64,000 bases of DNA from Octopus vulgaris (lineage: Eukaryota), in NCBI GenBank assembly GCA_951406725.2, contig OX597821.1, forward strand, positions 98,270,001 through 98,334,000, read 5' to 3'. The position numbers and the translations under genes were made by a program. Position 1 is the stretch's first letter. The number at the start of each line of letters is the position of its first letter. Under the pieces are notes generated by a model. The model searched no databases. It worked only from the letters and a program-made list of their open reading frames with translations, and was not told where the DNA came from. Of the stretch, positions 1 through 64,000 are shown one piece after another.

Positions 1-1916
1 GATTATTGAGTAACACAGGGAATATAGGCAGCAAAACAAACCTTAAGGTCAAAACAACTGAACAAATATTTCTCTTTGAAATAATAACAAAATACAAAGT
101 TAGTATCACAAACTGTTAATATAGAAAGTTAATGTGGAAATGAAAAAAACAAACAAGCAAGCATTATAATTCAAACACCTGATGATTAAATACAGCAGTA
201 AGTGTGACATTCCAAATAATGTAAGTAACTATTTTGATGTAGTGAAACTATAATGGGCTATATTACAGTCAATTAGGTCTTCACCTAACTTCAGGGACAC
301 TTAAACCTCCTACGTAAGTGCATTGGATATACCGGTATGATAGCAGGCAACAAGTCAACTGATCAGTGATTTGTGTTCTGCCACTGTCACTGCAGTGTAC
401 CTATGCTTAAAACCTTTACCTGTCATTAGCCCAGTCACTTACCTGTAAGTAGGGATTACCTAGTGGCGTGATTGACCACTGTAACAACTGATTGCCCTTC
501 CCATACAACATTTTGACATAAAACTATACTGTGTTCATTGCTAAGCCACTGAACTATCAATAATTCAGTCCATCTCGTGTTAAGTTTCACAATAAACTGT
601 AGTTCATAGATGTAAGTGGCAGCAAATATAAATTCAACAACTAATTCACTTAGCTTCCTGTGATAGGCTACTGTCTTATTAAAGGGAAGATTTCTCTTTC
701 ATTCACATTTCTTTACTGAAACAAAACATAAGGATTGACCTTGTTGCTTCTTGCAATTGGGAAAATGTGAAAGGTTAACATTTACTTGTTTCTAGTATGA
801 AATTAAGTAATGTCGTTTAACCGATGTCTCAGATGTAATGAAGATACTTGAAAAGCAGCAAAAACTCCAAGCAACTGAATCAAGTAAAAACCATCGCTGC
901 AGACTTACACAGTGTAAGAACATGGACATCATGCAAAGTGAGTGAAAAATGAAAGAAAGCTAGTTAAGCAGTTCATTCAGTAGATAAGAAGAAATGTGAA
1001 GATATTTGAAAGCCAATGCAGCTGTAATAAAAGAGCAGAAACAATATGTTGTCCAAAGTAAAAATCGTAAAGAAAAGAAAGACAAGAATTTAAAGAAAAT
1101 CTCATTGTTAATAAGATTTTCATTGACAGGAACAGAGATGCCTACAGAGATAAAAATATTTTAAAATATTTACATCCATGTCCTGGTCATTTAGAATAAG
1201 TACTCTACATCCTAAATTGTTATAAAAGACAATCAGAAGAGAGGCCTCTGTGTTAAAAAGCCCAGTACAACCCATTCCCACATGGAGAAGTGGACATAAA
1301 GACAATGACGAGGACAGTGACAATATGTTCAATATGCTCTGATTGCTTTAATTTGATGTCTCATTAAGATAGGTTAATAGTCTAAAAATTAACAGTAGCT
1401 TATTTCAGATAGTCCCTGATATTTAGCTCCGGGTCAGACCTGATCCATGAGACTTATGATTAAAGGCATTTCAACCAGGATCGTCCTGTCATTTTTCCCC
1501 AGCAACAGTGAGACAGTGTATTTAGAACTATATCATCCATAAGGGCCTTCCCTCCCTTCACCCCAGATGGTAGCGTATGATTTGATAGCGGTTTATGACT
1601 CCACTTCTAGCAGATTAAATGACTGCATGGATGCTCCCTCTTTCACTTGAAATTTCATGGGTCTGCAGTGGAAATTTATTATGAATTAGTGGCTATTAAG
1701 CTGGTTTTAGTTTGCATTCCCTAACCATGATAGCACCAGCAAACTCTAAATGACTATGTTAATGAACTTGCCTTGTGAAAAAACTGTTTCCATCAAGTGC
1801 CTGAACTACAGCGCATTAAAGAAGACAACTTGTAACCAGACCACATTATTTAAGTATATATACTGACATTCATCATTGAAACAAAATATCATTATCCTTA
1901 TTGTTTGTTTCTTTAT

Positions 1917-2337
1917 TGCATCGACCCCAGTGCCTAACAGGTACTTAGTTAATCGAACCCGAAAGGATGAAAGGTAAAGTCGACCTTGGCAGAATTTGAA
2001 CTCAGAATGTAACAGCAAACAAAATACCACTAAGCATTTCGCCCAGCATGCTACTGATTCTGCCAGTTTGCCACCTTATTATTATTATTATTAATAATAA
2101 TAAAGATCATCATTATAATAATAATCCTTTCTACAATAGGAACAAGACCTGGGTTTTGTGGGGAGAAGAGCAGTTGATCACATTTACTCCAGTACTCAAC
2201 TGGTACTTAATTTCTCGACCCTGAAAGGATGAAAGGCAAAGTCGACCTTGGCAGAATTTGAACTCAGAATGTAACAGCAGACAAAATACCGCTAAGCATT
2301 TCGCCCAGCGTGCTAACGATTCTGCCAGTTTGCCACC

Positions 2338-2369
<32 letters not shown>

Positions 2370-2612
2370 AATAATAATAAACATCATCATCATAATAATA
2401 ATCCTTTCTACTATAGGAACAAGACCAGGGTTTTGCAGGGAGAAGAGCAGTTGATCACATTTACTCCAGTACTCAACTGGTACTTAATTTCTCGACCCTG
2501 AAAGGATGAAAGGCAAAGTCGACCGTGGCAGAATTTGAACTCAGAATGTAACAGCAGACAAAATACCGCTAAGCATTTCGCCTGGCGTGCTAATGATTCT
2601 GCCAGCTCACCG
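1917..2612 (-). repeat. Three tandem Meta-like SINE pieces (local duplication of a ~280-bp unit)
   Basis: Units share the SINE and its (ATT/AAT)n flank. Confidence 0.85.
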
Positions 2613-3235
2613 CGTTTGTTTTAATGTCTGTTTTTTTTCCCCCATGTTAGAATGGGTTACATAAGTTTTCTGTAGATCACCACTCGACTTGATCTGTCAT
2701 CTTGTCAATAATGTTAAAACTCTTCTTCTCTTGGTTTTCACTTTTCTTATTTGGCTTTATGCTGCGTTCACACCTCACAAAATCATATGAATGATCAAGA
2801 GTACTCAATATATGTAGCTGAGTTTACTTGCTCATTATTCAAAGTATATGATTTATACTGTTGCTATTCTGAGTAAGCTTTGAATAAACACACACACACA
2901 CACACACAAAAGACTCATAGAAGCACATACACAAACCAACACACATATATTGTTAAAGTTAGTCAAAAGGAAAGTCACATGCAATGCTTTCAGTAAATAG
3001 AACTCACTCTTAGTAACGAGGTTACAAACTGGAGGGTCAGGGGAAGAAGAAAGAGGCTTTTGAAGAAGTAGAGGTAATAGTGTGAGGGAGAGGGGCAGGA
3101 GTAGTACAGAGGAAATATGTTGCTACGAGATTTGTCAATTAAATCAGTTTCGAAAGATTCATTTCACAAGAAAATACAGAGTAAATAAATAAATAAAAAT
3201 AAAAATAAAAATAGTCAAATGCTGAGTCTGTTTAC

Positions 3236-57751
<54,516 letters not shown>

Positions 57752-57824
57752 CTGTAAAGTTAAATAACAAATATTTTAAACATATATTTTAACCTGTAAA
57801 GTTAAATAACAGATATTTTAAACA

Positions 57825-58036
57825 AGGTGGCGAGCTGGCAGAAACGTTGGCACGCCGGGCGAAATGCGTAGCCGTACTTCGTCTGCCGCGACGTTCTGAG
57901 TTCAAATTCCGCCGAGGTTGACTTTGCCTTTCATCCTTTCCGGGTCGATAAATTAAGTACCAGTTTCGCACTGGGGTCGATTTAATCGACTTAATCCGTT
58001 TGTCTGTCCTTTTTTGTCCTCTCTGTGTTTAGCCCC
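57825..58036 (+). mobile_element. Same Meta-like SINE family, full length, TSD AGATATTTTAAACA
   Basis: Near-identical to 54750-54978; flanking direct repeat. Confidence 0.88.
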
Positions 58037-58094
58037 TTGGGGATAGTAAAGAAATAGATATTTTAAACAGTTCACTCAACCAACACAATCACTC

Positions 58095-58507
58095 TCGCTT
58101 TTACTCTTTCACTTGTTTCAGTCGTTTGACTGTGGCCATGCTGGAGCATCGCCTGTAGTCGAGCAAATCGACCCCAGGACTTATTCTTTAGAAGCCTAGT
58201 ACTTATTCTATCGGTCTCTTTTGCCGAACAGCTAAGTGACGGGGACGTAAACATATCAGCATCAGTTGTCAAGCAATGTTGGGGGGATAAACACAGACAC
58301 ACAAACGCACACACATACATATATATATATATATACATATATACGACGGGCTTCTTTCAGTTTCCGTCTACCAAATCCACTCACAAGGCTTTGGTCAGCC
58401 CGAGGCTATAGTAGAAGACACTTGCCCAAGGTGCCACGCAGTGGGACTGAACCCGGAACCATGTGGTTCGTAAACAAGCTACTTACCACACAGCCACTCC
58501 TACGCCT
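58095..58507 (-). mobile_element. tRNA/CORE-like SINE copy
   Basis: Reverse-complement match to 48754-49200. Confidence 0.85.
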
Positions 58508-58529
58508 ATTGACTTTATTAACATAACAC

Positions 58530-58757
58530 TAGATACTGATCAAAAAATCAATTTGTTTGAGTCAACATAATGCAAAACAGTGACCAAGGGATCAACTGGC
58601 TTGAGTTAATATGATGCCAAGATACTGACCAAGAAATCAATTGGCTTGAGTCAACATATTGCCAATTACTGACTCGAGTCAGTATGCTGTCAGACACTAA
58701 CCAAGGGATCAATTGGCTTGAGTCAACACAAAACTAGACACCGACCAAGAAATCAAT
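58530..58757. repeat. Minisatellite, ~44-bp unit (gatactgaccaagaaatcaattggcttgagtcaac...)
   Basis: About 5-6 diverged tandem copies. Confidence 0.8.
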
Positions 58758-59933
58758 GATGTATATTTTATTATAGTAAAATGAAATTAATAAATATTAA
58801 AAGGCTGTCAGCTAAGCCTTATGGTGTTTTAGTCTGTCCTGCAATGTTGGACATTGTCTTCCCTCCAGGATCAATAAAATATATACCTTTTCAATATTAG
58901 AGTAATTTCACTTAATAACACCTTGAGGCTTTGTAACAGTTAGAAATTATTATCATAATTGTGTATGTTACCAAAAACTGGGTCTTTGGATTTACTTATG
59001 CCTATATCTTTCCTTATTTTGTCCTAGTCCAGTAAGGTTAACTGAAGCTCTTGCTCAAGAGTACAACACAATGACTTGCCCAGATGAGGTTTGAACATAT
59101 GACTGTGAGGTTGGTTAGTAGCTTACTTCCTTAACCTCACAGACATTGAGCTTAAAAGTATACTTTGAGTATACATCCAGTTCTTCAAATTAATTACATT
59201 TTTAACAAATAGATTCCTATTATCCTTTTTTCCTAGATCTTTCCAAAACATGAAGAATTTTACAAGAAAAAGTATTTTCTAAGTTTTCTTGTAATTTATG
59301 TCATCATCATTGTTTTAATATTCACTTTTGCAAGCTTGCAAAATTTGCTGAGGAGGACATTTTTTTACAGCCAGAAGATGCTCCTGTTTCTAACCCTCAT
59401 CTGTTTCAAAGTAAGGTAATATTTATCCTTGACTAGATATTATGAAGACAATAGGCAGAGATGTAAATCCTAATGCTTTTTTTTTTTTTGGAAACCCCTC
59501 AAAAGTTGTGGTTAGGTCCAAATATCACCTCAAAACCAAAATTTCCACAAACTGAATGTGCTAACCCCACTGTACATGCTCCTTGAAAGTTGATAACCCT
59601 CTGAAATGGTGATAAAATCACATTTTAATATATATAATGCATAATTTTGAATGAAACTACATAAAAACAACAACTTTAATTTACTAATAAGTATACTGAT
59701 ATAAAATAAGCTTATTCTAACTAATGAAATTTTTTCAAGATGGTGGAAATATAAGATGGCAGCCAAAATTCACTATTTAGATAGATCTTGGTATATCAGA
59801 TAGGTGACTTATTTTATGTCAATTCATATGTTTGTGCGGTCTAGAAGTTCAAATCTTTTATTTAAAATGTGTGACAGAATGTTATAAGCCAAATGCTGAA
59901 TTGATACACTTCATTTAAAAAAAACAAACAATA

Positions 59934-61345
59934 ATGTACACCTATATGTTTCAGAAACAAGCAGAAGGGACTTTGATAACAGTGGGTAATAAATTGTTCG
60001 GTAGAAGTTGGAAGGCACACGATCGGACAGATTTCATAGATCTAGACACTTTGCCTGCTCCCTGTAACATTCAAGAGGCTGGTAAAAGTATTGAACTTCT
60101 GGCATTGGACAAAATTGTAAAAGAGATATATATGATTTGTGATAAAACGTCAGTCATTGCTTATTCTGATGATGGATCTAAAAAGCAGGGAGCTGGATCT
60201 TTCTCTGTCCAGGGGTTGACTAATGATGGTCATTACGGACTTTTGCCAACTTTGCTTGTAGCATCAGAAGCAAGAAATAACCTAGCTGACTTAAAAGTGG
60301 CTGTACTTTCACTACAAGAAGCAGAAAGTAATATCTTGCTTAAAACACTATTTGAAAAAAATTGACTTTGTTATCTTGGCCCAAATATCACAATGTTGGG
60401 GTTGAAGAGATTGTAGCAGGAAATCTCGGCACAGAACACATACCTAAACATCTGTTTTGCAATTTGCACCCTTTACTTATGTTCGATCAAGTAATAACTA
60501 AACAGTGAAGTAACATTGAGAACGCAATTGGACAAGATTTGAGTTTTCTTATGAATGCAACATCGAGCTCACCCGGTGTCACTGAACAGGCTCTTGATTG
60601 CATAACAAGATTAATCAACCATGATTTTGATCACAAGTCATAGAACAAAGCCAGTGAATTCGACAAGCACATTCAACCCTGGGTTAATAAATCTGTTGTC
60701 CTGAAGAATGAATGTTTTAACCACCTCACTTTGACTTGTTAGTTAGTTTAGTTAGTTAGTTAGTTAATTTTTTGGCTCAAAAAGCAAAAAGCAAGGCCAT
60801 GTAGGGGGACATGGAGTTATGTACAGGGTGGTGTTCATGTAAAGAGTTCAGGCCACTTGTGGTCAAGGGAGACTTTGAACCGAGCAGTCATTGGCATCCT
60901 CACCATCTCGTCCAGCAGCTTATTCCACGGATCCGCAACCCGGACGGAGAAAGCCCCTCTCCTTCGATTGAGATGAAATCGTCGCAGATAGAGCTTTTCG
61001 GAATGACCCCGCAGCTGACGCTCTGGAGCAGGAGTGAAGAACAGCTCTTTCGAGAGGTTACACCTTCTGCTTATGCATTAACTTGTGCATTAACTTTGTA
61101 CCACTTGGATGATGTGGCATTGTATTTGGTGAAATACGACCATGTTACTAACCAGCTGGCTTGTATCGTATGATGCTTCATAGATCTGGAGTTCCTCAAA
61201 GTCTTGTATTGCACTGGAGTGCTGATTGGACTGCATCCTGTTGAACCATTCTTTTTGCTCACCACTTCAACAAGCAAAACCTACTCAAAACTTGTACCTG
61301 CTTTCAAACAGCTTTATGATGGCCTTTCCACAGAGACAAAATTGC
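59934..61345 (+). pseudogene. Decayed DDE transposase-like ORF with CxxH motif, split by a CR1 insertion
   Basis: AYSDDGS (first Asp), IDFV, HLFCNLHP; the reading frame resumes after the LINE (LTC duplicated by the TSD); several stops and frameshifts; no TIRs identified. Confidence 0.6.
60739..61077 (-). mobile_element. CR1-clade LINE 3' fragment inserted in a decayed transposase
   Basis: Same family as 4353-4690; probable TSD ttgacttgt/ttaacttgt. Confidence 0.88.
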
Positions 61346-62929
61346 AGATAATCTTTGACTTCCCCTCATATATGATTCAAAGGTTGCAGCCTTGTGACAC
61401 TGAGGATTATCTTAAGGGTTAAAGTGTCTGCGGGTAACTCAATCCCTTATAAATACCAAGTGTAGGTAGTTGTTACACTTATATGAAATAATTGGACAAG
61501 TAGTGACTCAGTCAGTGTAAACCAACAGAAATCCATCATATATAAATGTATGTTATGTACTTGCCATAATAATAGATGTGAGGAGTGGAGGAAACCAAAT
61601 ACTAACATTATGACTACCATCCCCAGTTTCCCTGAAGTAGAACAAGTATATAAATAGTAGAGGTATGTGTGTAATAGAGATCTACTCTATCTATGATGTA
61701 TAACTACATATGTAATATATACTGTATGTAGTAGAGTTATTTGTGTATGTACATATATGCAGTAGAGATGTGTATGTATCTTTTATCTTTCACTTGTTTG
61801 TTGTGGGACTGCAGGAATGCTAAGGAACTGCCTCGAAAAGTTTACTCAAATTCATTCTAGTACTAATTTTTTTTTTAAAGCTTGGTACTAATTCCATTGG
61901 TCTCTTCTGCCAAACTGCTAAGTTATGGGTATGTAAACAAACTAAACTAATGCAGTAGAGCTACTTGGATGTATATAATTGGATATGTTTGCATTTTTAT
62001 ATGTAAAAGACATATATTATTAGATTTATGTATGTTTATATATGTGTAGCAGAGCTATGTTTGTGCACACATGTAAATGTAATGGAGTTATACATGTGTA
62101 GTTTTGCTACATATTCATACTTATATACATTTGTGCATACATGTAGGTAATGTGGTAGAATTTTATAGGTATGATTTATCTATGTAAGCCACTATCCCCG
62201 AAATACTGGGAAAATAAATAATGATCAAATCAGAGATGTGAGTAGGAGAAGAGAGGTTAAAGTAAGCGGAGGGGGACTACACCTGTATACCCATATTATT
62301 GATTGAGCAATTTTTACACCTTGATGTGTATGTGTGCATTTCTAAGAGTGAGTGACTGAGTATGGATACATTTTTGTTTGTCTTCTCTACAAAAATACCA
62401 ACCCGCTCCCACTATTTTATCAACAGGCAACTCCAGGTATATTATACTTTTGTAATGTTATATCTATTTGGCAATCAAATAAATTATCTGTCTATCTGAC
62501 TTGTTCAGATTGCCTGTACAATCAGTGTGTGATAATGGAGAAGTGTGTTTGAGAGAGAGAGAGAGAGAGAGAAAGAGATGCTGAATATTTCAAATTCATT
62601 TTCCCATGCTAGTATGAAATAGCGAGGTCCCATAGCAGTTTGTCATAGTAATCATTTGTCATCTGACACACAAACAGCTGTGCAAGTCATGTTTTGTGAC
62701 ATAGATTTTACAGTTGGATGCACTTCTTAATACGAACCCCTTTGCAACATGAAGCGTGTGTATTTCATCATTACATCAGTACCAGTTGTCGGTAGCAAGT
62801 GCCTGCTGCAGTTTTAGTAGTATTACTGCTCTTGTTGACAAATTGCTTTTACTGAAGCTTACAGAGTTCAAGTCTCCTTCATAAAACGAGGGCATAACCC
62901 TTTTTGAATACTGCAAGCCTAATGCCCAG

Positions 62930-63965
62930 TTCGAAGTGTAACAGAGGACCTTAATGAGGCAAGTGGTCTCTACATCTGATGCTGTCTGATGGCAACTATT
63001 CAACTTGAGGCAACCACAATTCCATACCAAGATAATAGAAAAGCCCATGCAGGAGCTGCTTTATGGCCCTGGTGCTGTGCTTGTTAAACAGAAGTTGCTG
63101 AATTCTTTGTCACTGTGAAGACAGAAGTTTCTCACCAGCCCACAGCTCCCCTTACATTACCATCAGTGAAACAGAGCTGAAGACAGTGCACCAGTTGAGC
63201 TACCTGAGGAGCATCATCTCGTTAGATGCAGGTGCAAGATCAACAAAGTTATTAATAAGAGATTGGCAAAAGCAAAGAGCAGTTGACTGTACTAGAAGGG
63301 TCTGGAACTGCAAGTAACTGAAGGATTGTACAAAGATCATTGTGTATAAAGCCTGTATACTGATCACCCTCCTATAAGGCTCTAAGTCGTAAGTTACCCA
63401 ATTGCCAAATCTGGCTCCTAGATCACTTCCATAATCACTGTTTTTGTACCAAGTAACTTTGCTATCAATATTAAAGTCATTAAAGCAGGTGTAAGTCACC
63501 AGAATGATGGTCATATTGATGAAGTTGAAGCTGTACTGGGCAGAGCACATGTCCAGTAAGGAGGATCACTGCCTGTTTAAGATTGTGTTCTATGGAAAAC
63601 TCCCTACTGGTCACTGTAACAGAGAGGCACCAAAGAAAAGAAAGAAAGATATAAGAACTCTCTGAAGAAATCTCTTGGTAACAATCACATTGGTCATTTC
63701 TAGTGATCTACTTCAACTTCCACTTCAAAGCCTGGAGAGACACCATTCACCAGTTATTCTCAACTGAGAATGCATGCCAGCATGACCTTGATGGAAAGAG
63801 ACGTTTGAGGAAAAGCAATAACACAGTAGTACCAAACCCAGAAGAGAATCTTCCTTGCAGACAGGCCTGCCTGTCTTGTATTGGAGTCCACAGCACCTCA
63901 ATGAGCCTGCAATCAATGTGGACAACCCTCATCAAGAATTTCCCTTCATTCACAAAACCAAGCCA
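62930..63965 (+). mobile_element. Old decayed RTE (BovB-like) LINE 3' region
   Basis: Remnants YLRSIIS..., LYWAEHMSS...KIVFYG, PKKRKKRYKNSLKKSL, and a terminal Cys/His knuckle remnant. Confidence 0.65.
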
Positions 63966-64000
63966 TCATTGTGATGAGAGGTTTATTCAGAGCTCTCAAC

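Noticed and set aside
800-1340. A-rich, coding-like tract on the plus strand
   Set aside because: Stops in all frames and no motif I can recognise
57752-64000. Search for the next upstream FAK exon (RYLPK...FYQQ equivalent)
   Set aside because: No matching open exon found; it probably lies beyond the window end

Overview
Eukaryotic, AT-rich, repeat-dense DNA. The SINE/RTE/CR1/MITE families present point to an Octopus genome (inference). The whole window lies inside one minus-strand gene, focal adhesion kinase (FAK/PTK2). I traced 17 GT-AG exons with consistent phases from 57751 down to 3236 (1698 nt, 566 codons). They cover the C-terminal part of the FERM domain, the linker with the Y397-equivalent SDYAEI motif, the whole tyrosine kinase domain and the start of the proline-rich region. 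The 5' exons and the FAT domain lie outside the window. The introns hold a decayed full-length Gypsy LTR element, RTE and CR1 LINE pieces, several tRNA-derived SINE families, piggyBac- and Tc1/mariner-type MITEs, Helitron-type elements and a decayed CxxH-type DDE transposase. Most notable: (i) candidate frame-preserving cassette exons (39, 42 and 33 nt) on both sides of the Y397 exon, resembling the neuronal FAK boxes 6/7/28 of vertebrates, one with a downstream Rbfox-type GCATG cluster, plus a possible kinase-less terminal exon; (ii) intronic minimal hammerhead-ribozyme motifs of the Penelope/retrozyme type; (iii) several long fold-back hairpins that could be ADAR substrates; (iv) a duplicated splice acceptor; (v) two repeat pieces shared between introns about 5.4 kb apart. 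All calls come from manual reading; no searches or folding were run.
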